From assembly GCF_006345805.1 (NCBI RefSeq), contig NC_043012.1:46128001-46192000 (forward strand): a stretch of DNA of 64,000 nucleotides, read 5' to 3'. A program made the position numbers and the translations under genes. The notes below the pieces were generated by a model that ran no database searches, was not told the DNA's origin, and was given only the letters and a program-made list of their open reading frames with translations. This document shows positions 1 through 14,769 of this stretch, piece after piece (the stretch's first letter is position 1; the number at the start of each line of letters is the position of its first letter). This DNA is from Octopus sinensis (taxonomy: Eukaryota).

Positions 1-289
1 TATTTAGATGCGTATGTTTGCTATATCCAGTAGATGGATTATTGAACTGTTTTCTGTGTAGGTATGTGTGTTTTTGTGTATGTGTGCGTGCGCGGTGCGT
101 GTGTGTTGGGTAGATTGGATATATATGCTTATATCATAATCTTACTAGTTATCTTTTGCTCTTTGCTACGTTGTTCATGCACCTGTGAGCAACTTATCCC
201 CAGCCGAATCTCATAGTCAGCTGACAACTTATAACATGTTTGCACATTTGTATATTCGTTACAGACAACTTGCAAATGTGACTAGTGGA

Positions 290-1340
290 AAGCTCTGTAT
301 ACTACAAATTGGCAGGAGAGAATGCATGCCCTTTGGGTCCTTCTTATCAAAGGCATTATTGCGCACCGGAATCCCTCGCTGAGATGTTGTCTGTTTATTA
401 CTGCTTTATGTGAAGTTACGCATACCGAAAACAAACATCGGGTCATATTGTTTCCAACTTCGATTAGATAATGTTCTACTTTCCAGCCTGTGTCTTCAAA
501 GTTGTCAAAGAGATGTTTGTGATGGTGGGTCTTTCGAGGAAGCCTTATCTCAGGTGGGTTTGCTACATTCTTTTCCTCGCACAATATGATGATATCTGGT
601 TTCTTCGTAACTGAAATGGAGAAGAATCTTTTGCACCATGGTAAATATCTAGTTATCTCCAAAATGCCTTCCGAATGTTCATCATACGTAGGACATTTCT
701 TATTCAGACGGATCTGCTGTCCTGGGTGCACGAAGGGAATGAAACTTTTGGCTATACTTTTGTTTTTCATCTGTGGTTCCTTTCCATTTTTGATTAGAGC
801 AATTTGGTCCTTTGCAACGTTGAGGAAGATATGTATGAAGAACCACATTGTGTCTCCAGGTATATTTATCTAGCTGAACAACGGGCTCAGATAGATTTGC
901 GGCTGTTCTTTTAGAGAAATGCAAGCGAGCTCTCTCGCAAAACTATTGCAGATACTTTTTTTCTGAGTTTTGTTACTTGACGTAAACTTCCTATAATTTT
1001 AAAAGAAGGTATATAGGAGGAAGAAGAGCAGATGCTAATAATTACTGGCCGATCTTTCTGACTTCACATGTCGGCAAATTCAAGGAAAGTATTTTCAGAG
1101 CGAGGGGGGCCTATTACGTCCCTGGAAGAAAGATAACTTGGAGGAAACACCTCATTTAGCCATTGTAGCATTTTGACTAGGTACTGAAAGAGTACTTTAA
1201 CCATTGGAATGTGGATGTGGTGTATCTTGACTTTGCCTAATCCTTTGATAAAGTTAATCATTGGATGATGATATGGCACAAACTGCGTGACCATTTTATC
1301 GCAGGAAAACCGGAAGAGTAACTATATGTCTTTTTGAAGG
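290..1340 (-). mobile_element. Decayed RLE-type non-LTR retrotransposon 3' fragment (HERO-like)
   Basis: ORF 700..924 contains KYTWRHNVVL (post-CCHC RHN motif). ORF 282..848 contains KKPDIIIL...GWKVEHYLIEVG, matching the PD..(D/E)xK RLE region and the GW...IEVG motif of HERO/R2-like elements. Frameshifted. Confidence 0.7.
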
Positions 1341-1344
1341 AAAG

Positions 1345-2370
1345 ATGTCAAGCAATTACAGTCATTGCTGGTTTCTCTGCGGAGACATCAATTCTCAGCG
1401 GAGTACCTTAAAAAACGGTAATGAGGCACCTACTGATAATGGTGGCTCTCTCAGACATAACCTCAGCCATACAATCAACAACTCTCACAAGAGATAGTGA
1501 TTGTATAAAAGACTCATAGGCAGTCAAGGGCCCTGAGGATATAGTAAAACTAAAAAACAATCTAATGCAATACACAAATTAGTTGATGAAAGTAACATGA
1601 ATCAATGATAAGACGTTTCAAGAATTCCCCTACCGGTCCACAAACAGACAAGAATTGTGATACACAGTCCAATCAAAGACACGGTATCGGTGCGTGACCT
1701 GGGAATCCACATGAATAATGATGCAACATTATATGTGATCACTACCATGATACCAACACTGTGCAGGCGAGTAGCTGGATGGATTCTGATTTGATTCAGA
1801 ACCTAGAAAATGGATGACATGCTATTACTGTAGAAAACTTCTGTACTCAGTCGTCTGGATTACTGCTTCCAACTGTGATAATCGTAAAGCGACAAACGTG
1901 TAACGCCACTACGCAAAGATCAATCCGGTAAAGCAAATGTACTACTGAGAGTGGATAAAGATTTATTTCCTTCAGGAAAGGAATGAAAGATATACAGTGA
2001 TATAACGTATGGGAGATCCTGAAAAAATTTAGCTTCCAACTTTGAAATTGAAAGCTATACCGACCACCGGACTGGACGACACTGCATAGTACCAAAGATC
2101 CCGTTTAGTCCAAATTAAATAACGACTCAGTACTGTAACAGATTAGGTTTCCAGTGACCGCAAATATTGAACATTTTGTCAAAGAGCTTCAGAGATTTGC
2201 CAGGTGTAGATTTGGACGTCTTCAAAGAACGTTGGGACAAATTTTCATTTGAGATGCCAAATGAACCCTTGTCACTGCGGGAGATGCAAAGAAGTGGAGA
2301 TCTGTCGAAGCTAGCTACTACAGAAGAAACAGTACTGCAAAGAAATCCAGTCACACTGATGGTGTTGCAG
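1345..2370 (+). mobile_element. Decayed CR1/L2-group LINE, RT and C-terminal fragment
   Basis: Manual translation across stops and frameshifts gives SILSGVP..TV, VRDLGI.M, GWIL, SRLDYC.QL, ERY..I..WEIL and DLPGVDLDVFKERWDKF..EMPNEP (ORF 2167..2526). Confidence 0.7.
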
Positions 2371-2389
2371 CATGAAAGCACCAGAGGAT

Positions 2390-2501
<112 letters not shown>

Positions 2502-2516
2502 GACAACCATGATTGT

Positions 2517-2561
2517 CACACGCTGATGAGAAGTAAACACCTTGAAACTCGAGTCCGAGTG
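2517..2561 (+). ncRNA. Type I hammerhead ribozyme motif (retrozyme copy 1)
   Basis: cacacg CTGATGA G aagtaaacacctt GAAAC tcga GTC cgagtg. Stem I pairs 5/6, stem II is imperfect, predicted cut after 2555. Confidence 0.75.
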
Positions 2562-2868
2562 TATCATGAGTTGAAGGCGGGGAAGATGACTTCCCTTCAC
2601 AAATACTGAGAGGACACAGATAGTGTGTCTATAGCCAGCTGGAGGAGATATCTTCCTGGGGCTACAAACTACAGTAGCATCCACCCTTAGGGGTTAGCCA
2701 TATTCAAATGGCAAATATGCGTCACGATGTGTTACCGCTACTGTTTATAACTCGCTCTGAGATTTATCATTGTTTGATTTCACTTTTTCAATATCAGTGT
2801 CAATCGACACTGGAAAAAGTATATGTATTTGTGAAGGGAGCTGACTTCTCGTCGACAACCATGACTGC

Positions 2869-2913
2869 CACACGCTGATGAGAGGTAAACACCTTGAAAC
2901 TCGAGTCCGTGTG
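2869..2913 (+). ncRNA. Type I hammerhead ribozyme motif (retrozyme copy 2)
   Basis: cacacg CTGATGA gaggt aaac acctt GAAAC tcga GTC cgtgtg. Perfect 6-bp stem I, 5-bp stem II with a basal G-U, palindromic stem III ACTCGAGT, GUC triplet, predicted cut after 2907. Confidence 0.85.
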
Positions 2914-3694
2914 TATCATGAGTTGAAGGCGGGGAAGATGACTTCCCTTCACAAATACTGAGAGGACACAGATAGTGTGTCTATAGCTAGCTGGAGGAGA
3001 TATCTTCCTGGGGCTACAAACTACAGTAGCATCCACCCTTAGGGGTTAGCCATGTTCAAATGGCAAATATGCGTCACTATATATATATATATGAGCAATA
3101 TATAATTTTTGACAAAAATTTACGATTATTCAGGGAAGCAACACTTCTATCACAGCACAATGGTAAAATTAACAGAGCTAAATATTAACAAGTAGGTGTT
3201 GTGATGTAAATCTAAGGGTAACGAAAAATTGTATACCAAAGCTTACTTAAAATTTACTATAAAACAAATTAATACTTGGGTGCCATCGTAGAAACGTAAC
3301 AATCGAAACGTTTATTGCGAGATATTCTACATCAATCCGACTTCAATATAAAATACATTTCAGAAGACAAATCCGCTTCTCTTACTGTTGATGAGATCGG
3401 CAGAAGTGTAGATACGATGATTATAATTCTATAAACTTTATTGTTCCAAAGACACTGCCAAAATCTTATAACGGAAATAGGAAAAATATTTAATAAACAG
3501 ATAAAACTGGAACAGAATCATGTTTGCAATAAAATATACAAACACATAGAGGTACATGAATGTGTTGCACAAAGATATATGCAACAAATAGACATGAGCA
3601 TGTATAGATCTTTAGGTGTATTTGTATATGATTATAGATGTATAGGTATATTTGTATATGAGTATAGGCTTACATATGCGTGTGTACTTGCGTA

Positions 3695-3698
<4 letters not shown>

Positions 3699-3782
<84 letters not shown>

Positions 3783-3879
3783 ATGTATATATATATCATA
3801 ATATATATATATATATATATCATAATATAATATACTATATATATATATACATAAATCATAATGTAATATAATATATATA

Positions 3880-3945
<66 letters not shown>
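3699..3945. repeat. (TA)n microsatellite, interrupted
   Basis: Read directly. One of many TA/CA/GA tracts (also about 5037-5279, 12500-12646, 13380-13540, 23375-23497, 24755-25085). Confidence 0.95.
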
Positions 3946-4143
3946 GGCCTGCTCGCTTAGCCAGCGGGGTGGCTAAAACAATGCGAACGCATTGTGATCA
4001 GCGATGTGTAACAACACCTGATGGTCTGGTCGGTCTCGTGATCGTGATCGTGATATATATATAGTATAATATAATTTATATGTATGTATATTATAATATA
4101 ATATAATATATGATAAATATATATCTATATATATCATAATATA

Positions 4144-4174
<31 letters not shown>

Positions 4175-5198
4175 GTCTCTGTGTGTGTACAGTGAGAGAG
4201 AGAGAGAGAGTGTGTGTGTGTGTGAGAGAGAGAGAGAGAAAGTAGGAGAGACGAACATGAGCAGAAGAGATTGAAGGTAAGAGAAATAGAGGAATTAAAA
4301 TTGCTAAGATGCGCGGAACCCGATTTGTCTGAAATTAATAATAATTACTTCATTTACGTTTAAAACGTAACGGATATTTTCATTTCCGTGTACATGTAAA
4401 AAAAAAAAAAACTCCGATTTTACTTGATTCAATCAAAGTAGTATTCTCAGTGTTGGATAAACCAAAATGGAAATTGTATTTACTGTATGTATAAATAAAA
4501 TTAGTTTAAACATCTAATCGGATTTTCAGTGAAGTAAACATGATTTTAAATATATAGATTTATGTATCTCTTTCATTTTCTTACATTTTATTTTACATTA
4601 TTATGCGCTTTGCACAGTTGTTTTATGTCTCTCTCTGTCTCTGTCTCTCTTTCACGTTTTATCTCTCCATCTTGCTCTGTCTATCTATCTATTTATCTAT
4701 TTATCCATCTATCTAATTTTATTTCTGTCTGTTAGTCTGTTTCATTGTTTACCGGCTTCTGTTTCTATATGTGTGGATAGAAATGACGTGTATTTAGTTT
4801 TTACTTGTCTATATCTTTGTACGTATGTGTTGGTGGGATAGAGTTGGTTACACTTATATAGACATTTAATATTATTAATGTCACAAAATTTGAAAAGGAT
4901 ATTATCTTAAGTTAGAAATATACATCCTTTTAAATTTAAAGTTTACTCAGTTGCACTTATTCCATAATAATATTATATGACTGAATATATTATTTATGAA
5001 AGAAAATTATGACTAAATACCTCATACAATAGTATAATATATATATATATATAATATATATATATATAGATTCATTTGAATCTAAATTGTTGCTGAAAAA
5101 AAATATATATACATATATATTTGCATATATATATATATATATATATATATACTTACATATATACATGTATATATATATATACATATATATATATATGT

Positions 5199-5281
<83 letters not shown>

Positions 5282-7954
5282 TATAGTATGTATGTATGAC
5301 TGCATGTATGCATTGTAGATGACAATTTCTATTACATGATTTTAAGTTTTATGCTAAACAGAGCATTATTCGGATGGATGAGATTTTAGCAAACTTTCTC
5401 TTGGACAGTTGTTCCTTTCATTTTATCTCCGAGTTGCACTTGACTAAGCATATTTCTGAAGAGACGCCTCCCAATTATCGCAAATCTTGGTTATATATAA
5501 TCTTACTATATACAATACATTCTTTCTTTTTCAAGACGGTAATATTGGTGGTATTTCACTGCTGTTTCTGGTTGGTTGTGCTGCATACAGATGTTTAGGT
5601 CAAGTGTTCTTTATCTGTAGGAGAAAGTTATCTATCACATTTGTGGAAATATAAAGGGAATTATACTAGAAGCACATGAACAAGAGTAAAGATATATGAC
5701 TTGTCATGTATATGCAGACACAAAAAATACATTCCCTAAAGTTAACTCAATTTATAATCCCTGTTTCTCTCAGTCAAACTGATCAGTATTCAGTTGATTG
5801 ACCAACCAAATCCGTGACCGTGAAATTAACCCCTAAATGTCTGTTACTTATATCTTTAACACAATTCTCAAGTCAATATTGTATCAATGTTATAACGTTT
5901 GAATTACCAACAGAAACCATACAGTGAGAGAAAGACAGAGAAAGCGGGAGAGGGAGAGAGAGAGGTGAATAGACAAATAGTGTCAATGAGCCAGAGAGGG
6001 AGGGAGAGAGCGAGAGAGCGAGGGAGGAGTGAGATTGGGAGAGGGAGGGAGAGGAGAAGCGAAATGGAGAGTGTGACCATTAGAAATCTTTCCAGTTCTG
6101 AACAAGGTACCTTTCCGACATCTAGGCGACGAACCTTAAGTGACCTCGCTGGTATTTGAAACTCAATAAATAACTGGTTGAAATATCCGGCATTGCAGGA
6201 GTTCAAGACCTTTGGTATTACAGGTAACATTACAAAGCAATCAATTTAACTCATAAATCTTTTGAATAAACACTCAGCGAAGTTTCGAACTAAGTAACTC
6301 ACCGAATATCTTTGAATATTCGGTGAGTGGCGGCTGTAATCAGACATCCACGTCTCAAAAATAGGAAAGTTCACTTTTGCAAAGCATTTCAGACATACTC
6401 AAATATTTTCAATCACCTCATTTCTATTTAAATCTAATATTTACTCTAACTTGAAACGATACACGTTCGCCTTAGAGCCTAACCTTAAGTTCTTACCTTA
6501 AATCCAAACTTTAAGCAACACTATAAGCGCGTCGTTAAAATATAAGCGGCAGTTTTAATACTAAGGCTAAATTATAGCTAAAACTCTTGACGTAACCGAT
6601 CGCTATCTCTAATGTATAAAAGAAAAAAACTAGTTATATACAATGAAACAGATTGGTTCAAATCTATGATAATAGTTTAATTTTGAAGCTGTTATTTTTA
6701 GAACAGACGTTCATTGTCTAAAATTAAATCAATTCTTAATTCCTGTTTTCCTCTCAGTCAAAATCATTAATATTTATGTTCGACCAACCACATTTGGAGT
6801 TCACACAATTTCATTACGGTCAGAAATGGAAATTGACGGATATGTTCTTCTGATTGTCTTCTGTCGGCATCGATGACAACATGAAAGTCCGGTGTAGAAG
6901 TGCATCCAGAAGCATACATCTAACTTGATAATACTCTATATGAAGCAAGTTTGGCAGTTTTAAAATAACCTATAACCTTTTGCATGCACACATTACTCTA
7001 TGCTATAATATACAAAATAGAAGCTAATCACGCATATTATATAGTCAATACTTTTTATTTGAGAAACTTTATTAACTCATAGTCGCCAGGGTCCTTCAGT
7101 CCGTATCCATCTAGCATTTTTTTCAATTATATTTGGCAAGTATATTCTTCATTTTACTCATTTACAAAAATTATGGGTTAATTTAAGAAACATAGAGCAG
7201 TTACTGCCTGTGATTTCAGGGATTTAATTCTCATTGTTCTCTCATTAATCTATATTATGAGTTATGCATTATAGTTGGAAAGTTATAGAAAAGCAAATTT
7301 AGATCGTACTTTTGTCTACACTACTTCACTTATTTGTGAATTTATTATGTAATATTTCGAGTAGTAATGTATAAAATAATTGCAAACATGGATGAATTGT
7401 ATAAAAATCAAAAACAGCTCTCACATGTCAGGTAGGTATTGATGCTCATGAATGATAGATATAGATATAATGTTCTGATGCTAGAAGAAAAACATCACCG
7501 ATTTTACCCTCACTAGGAAATACCAATGAGTATTGCATATACGAAAGAGTGCATATGTGGAATTTCAATATGTCCAACATTATATCACAGTTAAATCTCG
7601 AATATTATCCCACAGACATCTCAAATTAAAGAAAATACAGGTTACTGAAGAAATTACAGGTTATTCATGTTTGAACACATTTGTTCCTAAATCTTTGCGA
7701 CGGGACAAGAAAATGGCAACAATAAAACAAAGCAACATAGCTACCTAAAATACTCTTATGTACTTCATGGGTGGGCGTTTTTTTTTTTCAGAAATAGACA
7801 CTCAAATGTCTTCTTCACTGAAATACATTTTGGAGGCTAAAACTATCATTACTAGTTCAACAATTATGTTGAGGAATGCTCGTTAAATCAATACATGTAT
7901 ATATAATACGCTACACTTCTTTTTTGTTCTGCGTATACATCATTTATCTCGTAT

Positions 7955-8261
7955 ATTTTACCTGTTTCAATCATTCGATTGCAGCCATGCTGGGGCACCG
8001 TCTGAAATTTTAGTCGCGTGAATCGACCCAAGCACCTATTCTTTATGACTGGTATTTATTCTATCGATCACTTTGGCCGTACTGCTCAGTTACGAGGACA
8101 TAAACACACCAACACAGTTGGTCAAGTGGTGATGGCGGACAAAAACAAACACCTACGAAACACACACCAATCCACTCAAAAGGATTTAGTCGGCCCGAGG
8201 CTATAGTAGAAGACACTGGCCCAAGGCACTATGTAGTGGGACGTAACACGAACCATATGGT
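7955..8261 (-). mobile_element. tRNA-type SINE, family 1 (common octopus-type SINE)
   Basis: Reverse complement resembles the complete copy at 40335-40762 (ccttgggccagtgtcttctactatagcctcgggccgac core and ggtgtgttta...ccagcatggc tail). Confidence 0.75.
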
Positions 8262-8314
8262 TTATGTATTGAGTACCTTATTTACTGAGGTTAACCCCGA
8301 CTCAACCCGGGACC

Positions 8315-8372
<58 letters not shown>

Positions 8373-8383
8373 GACATACATAT

Positions 8384-8450
<67 letters not shown>

Positions 8451-8507
8451 AAATTTATGAATAAATGAAAGAATGGAGTTGAACGACAAATTAACAAATT
8501 TCCTTTA

Positions 8508-8590
8508 TTTTCGACATATGTTTCGAAGGCTGCATATTCCTAATTGTGAAGGAATAAGGAGTACATTATGCCGCTTTCTCATCAGGAAAA
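8508..8590 (-). ncRNA. Type I hammerhead ribozyme motif (family A)
   Basis: RC reads ttttc CTGATGA gaaagcggcata...tatgcagccttc GAAAC atat GTC gaaaa. Stem I 5 bp, stem II 10/12 pairs, stem III ACATATGT. Confidence 0.8.
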
Positions 8591-9214
8591 ACAAGGAATT
8601 TATGTCAACATCAAGATTCACAGATGACTAATATAGATAACCCCCTTGAATTTTAATTAATATATTTCCATTTATATATTTCACCCCTTTAGTTTAAAAA
8701 AAAAATGTTTTTGCTTTCAAAGACATACTACCCAATCCATTGAAGTTTGTTTTGTCTTTGTCCCAATACCTCGCCCTCCTCTTTCTTTTTTTTTCTCTCT
8801 CTTTCCCTCTATCTATAGTAATCAAGCACACAGACACATATCTGCTACAACACCACTATCTGTTTTTTGACATCTACCCATCCACATACACATTCACGCA
8901 CACACATACACACACATAGGTATTAATACAGTTATATTCATTCACTCACACAGACACTCATTCACAAAAGAATTTAACAAAACCCACCATACATACGACC
9001 TGTTCCAAATCACCTTACTTTTCTTAGGCCTCTCTCCCCCTACTTCGTTAGAACTCTTGAACCTTTAGAACCTTCTAGAATTTTCTACATTCAACCAGTT
9101 TGACGTCACTCCTTATAAAGGAATATTAAAGAGACACTCATTATCGCTATGCGCTCCGTGAGAGCAGTCATCTAAAAGTTTTTGTTAATTTTGATGTTGA
9201 CATAAATTCCTTGT

Positions 9215-9274
9215 TTTTCCTGATGAGAAAGCGGCATAATGCACTCCTTATTCCTTCGAAACATATGTCGAAAA
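9215..9274 (+). ncRNA. Type I hammerhead ribozyme motif (family A, stem II damaged by deletion)
   Basis: ttttc CTGATGA gaaagcggcataatgcactccttattccttc GAAAC atat GTC gaaaa. Confidence 0.7.
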
Positions 9275-9477
9275 TAAAGGAAATTTGTTAATTTGTCGTT
9301 CAACTCCATTCTTTCATTTATTCATAAATTTTATAAAAATACACACAAATTTCCACACGAAAACACGTAGTCTCTGCCCTGGGCACGTAACTTCAACCGT
9401 GTTATTTCTGATGTGAATTTGCTACCCAGGTATCGGTTAAACGAATTATCCATAAAAAGATATTTCATTTTTCTACT

Positions 9478-9512
<35 letters not shown>

Positions 9513-9914
9513 TATGTAATGGATAATAAAACGAATGGTCTATACCTGGTACTGTCTAGGAAAATAATCAGAGGTTTGGCAAGGGAAGGGTATCTGGCTG
9601 TAGGAAATCTGTCTGATACATGTGATCATGCAAATGTGGATATTTCGTGCATGCGCACGCGCAGACACAGACACACATACATACAGATAGTCAAATACGC
9701 GCGCACACACATACACACACACACATTACGTGGACGATAATATTTTAAACCGGCGCATTTAAAACTGTATATAATCAAGCGCTTCAATTCTCAATGTATA
9801 CATCCAATTTCTTTTCCCCATTGTTTTGAAGCACCATTTTCTTACATTAATTTAACTATCAGTATTTTGAGCGACATGAGTATGCTACTCACGTGCATAA
9901 TTAAAAAAGAAAGC

Positions 9915-9961
<47 letters not shown>

Positions 9962-10168
9962 TATGAATTGTAAAATAAATATCTACATTTCTCTACGTTC
10001 ATGTTTTGTACCAGTTTTTAAAAATATTGTGTTGTAATATCATAATGGTCGCGATATTGAATAGAAAATAATTTCACTCTAGCATTTCACTTACCATTTT
10101 TATTACTATTTGCTAATCTTGATTCTTTAAACGTATTAGGAAACATATACAGGCCAGTCACACACGTA

Positions 10169-10336
10169 TGTCTATGTATGTATGTATGTATGTATGTATG
10201 TATGTATGTATGTATGTATGTATGTATGTATGTATGTATGTATGTATGTATGTAGTATGTATGTATGTATGTATCTATTTATTTATCTATCTATCTATCT
10301 GTGTGTATGTGTGTCTGTGTGTCTGCCTGTCTGCCT

Positions 10337-10376
<40 letters not shown>

Positions 10377-10395
10377 ATATATATATATATATATA
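10169..10395. repeat. (ATGT)n/(ATCT)n/(AT)n compound microsatellite
   Basis: Read directly. Confidence 0.95.
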
Positions 10396-10511
10396 TAAAT
10401 TGTCATAAATTACCTTTTTTTATTTGCAATGTGCATTTTCGATGATTTTTCATATTTTACCCTTACATTTCCACGTGTATTTTATATTTTCTTTTTGTAA
10501 AATATTTCTGC

Positions 10512-10546
<35 letters not shown>

Positions 10547-10604
10547 ATTGGTGAATTGAAGAAATGGAGCTGAACGCAGATTGAACAGAAATCGTTTTAT
10601 TTCA

Positions 10605-10684
10605 TTCTACACGTGTTTCGAAAGGCACAAATTACCAAAATCCGATTGAATAATGGGACCATATTGTGTCTTTCTCTTCAGGAA
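10605..10684 (-). ncRNA. Type I hammerhead ribozyme motif (family A)
   Basis: RC reads ttc CTGAAGA gaaagacacaa...ttgtgcctttc GAAAC acgt GTA gaa. Stem II 10/11 pairs, stem III ACACGTGT, GUA triplet. Confidence 0.75.
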
Positions 10685-10749
10685 GAAAAAAGGAAATCCG
10701 TTGATTAATCTACTACATGATTATTCATCTTTCTATTTCACATTATATA

Positions 10750-10780
<31 letters not shown>

Positions 10781-11922
10781 GCTGTGTGTGTGCGTGTCTA
10801 ACGAGCTCTAATTCTACTGGAACTCATCTTCTTCCCTTTAACTAAAAGCTTACACAGACATATGAATATATATGCATATAAGTGCGTGTGCGCGTGTCAT
10901 TATATGAGTACGCATAGATTTGTGTGCACTTAGTCGTAAACTATAAGTGTTCATTACAAGGATTAACTCCTAAGCATAAATAAATGAAAGTCCCTATAAA
11001 TAAATACTTATTTAGAATATGTACAAGTATACATATTGAAGACAGTGTTTCACGAGTTGGCAGTAGTGAGTTATATTTTTTATGTTCAATTATAGCTTGT
11101 AGCATACAAATGATACAACCGATTAAATCCTTTCTATTCATAAGTGTACAATTAAAAGAACATAATGAAGTGTGCATTAACCGTGCCTAACCTATGAGAA
11201 ATAGAAATTCCTTTAAAGTTTTGTATATTTGTAGTGCGGAATTTGTAAAATAATTCAAAGGGATAAAATGTTTTCTGTCGTATTTGACGGCAGATTTCTC
11301 TGCTGTATATGCCATCACGCAGTTATTTCCTAGAAGATTAAAGACGAACAATTTTACAGCTACATTTGAAAGTATTCTACAAGTGTTCGAAGTTGAAATT
11401 TTCTAAAACGATAGATTAGAAATTTCATTAAGTTTGTAGTTCTTTAAGCTAGGTTAGTATTTACTAATCGTATTATGTATCAATGACTTTTTTTTCTTAC
11501 TTCAACGATATTTGATCTCTACTTTTTATATTCACAAATTTTCAGTTCGTAATATAAATGTTAGTCAAGTTTACCAGAGGTGACCTGTCACCCGTAAATA
11601 AGAGAAATTACGTTCATGTTTGTGAGGATAATAGCTATACAAATTTGGCCATTAAATATCTGAAGAGCTTCTGAACATGTGTGAATAAGAGGCCTGCACA
11701 CAGACTCACAAGTGCTTGTGTACATATAGTTAATTTGTTGAGTAATTCAACTTCAAAAGACGAAAGAAAACATTTCCAAATAAAATGAGAACTACGACGA
11801 ATTTAGGTTTGAAATCTAATCAAAGAAGCAAATAGAGTTTTAATAAAACATAAATACTTCGACTAAGTTATCCTGAAAACATCTATTTTTATGTTTAGGC
11901 CATAAGAGAATACACGCACACG

Positions 11923-13955
<2,033 letters not shown>

Positions 13956-13956
13956 G

Positions 13957-14033
<77 letters not shown>

Positions 14034-14084
14034 TGTGTGTATGTGTGCGTGCGTGTGTGTGTGTAGTTCTAAACTTGAGAGATG

Positions 14085-14234
14085 ATGAATTATGTACATT
14101 ATTTATATTTGACGGATATTTGTCCTCATCTTTTTTCTTAACACAACGTTTCTGCTGTTGTACTTTCCAGCCTTCGCCAGGTGTGCCGGAGGAACTTCCG
14201 AACCCGCGTTCTCATTTCTAAGGTATTTTCCGAA

Positions 14235-14318
<84 letters not shown>

Positions 14319-14398
14319 TCACTGCCTGGAATCGAATTCTGAATCTTGGAGTTAGTAGTCCGCGCTCGTAACCACTACGCCATATGCCCGTGGGCATA
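14085..14398 (-). mobile_element. tRNA-headed (AAT)n-HHR element (family C)
   Basis: RC has an A-box TGGCGTAGTGG and B-box-like GAATTCGATTCC (14315-14388), then (AAT)n, then acac CTGGCGA A GGCTG..CAGCA GAAAC GTT gtgt (14141-14184). Confidence 0.7.
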
Positions 14399-14424
14399 TA
14401 CATACATACACACAACAGACCACT

Positions 14425-14553
14425 TTGAATTTCCTTCTACCAAATCCATTTACGAGGCTATAGTAAAAACACTGGCCCTCGGTGCCACGCAGTGTGAACC
14501 CAGAACCAAGAGTTTGAAAAAGAAGCTTCTTACTACAGAGCCAAGACTGCACC
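14425..14553 (-). mobile_element. SINE family 1 head fragment
   Basis: ctaccaaatcca...gaggctatagtaaaaacactggccc...gtgccacgcagtg is the RC of the family 1 head. Confidence 0.65.
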
Positions 14554-14587
14554 TTTAAAAGTAAGGGACACTTCACGAATTTGTGTG

Positions 14588-14632
<45 letters not shown>

Positions 14633-14670
14633 ATATACTTATGTGTGTGTAGGTATGTATTATATGTATG

Positions 14671-14702
<32 letters not shown>

Positions 14703-14769
14703 CGTGTGTGTAGGTATGTATTATATGTGTGTGTGAACTGTATAACAGGAAAGGCTATAGGGCAAATAT

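Larger units (their letters stand above)
8444..9337. mobile_element. Penelope-derived element with inverted HHR-bearing pseudo-LTR arms
   Basis: 8444-8612 is the reverse complement of about 9190-9337, with one internal deletion in the right arm. Each arm contains an HHR core. Confidence 0.75.

Noticed and set aside
3100-3560. Possible Penelope GIY-YIG C-terminal remnant
   Set aside because: Only faint resemblance across several frameshifts, not enough to call.
5758-6790. About 50-bp degenerate direct repeat (5758-5808 and 6740-6790)
   Set aside because: Short and diverged, with no LTR-like ends or internal coding signal.
11192-11329. 138-nt open segment on the minus strand with a good acceptor
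   Set aside because: Weak donor (gttagg), unrecognised peptide, and a phase that conflicts with the hydrophobic reading of the 7744 candidate exon.
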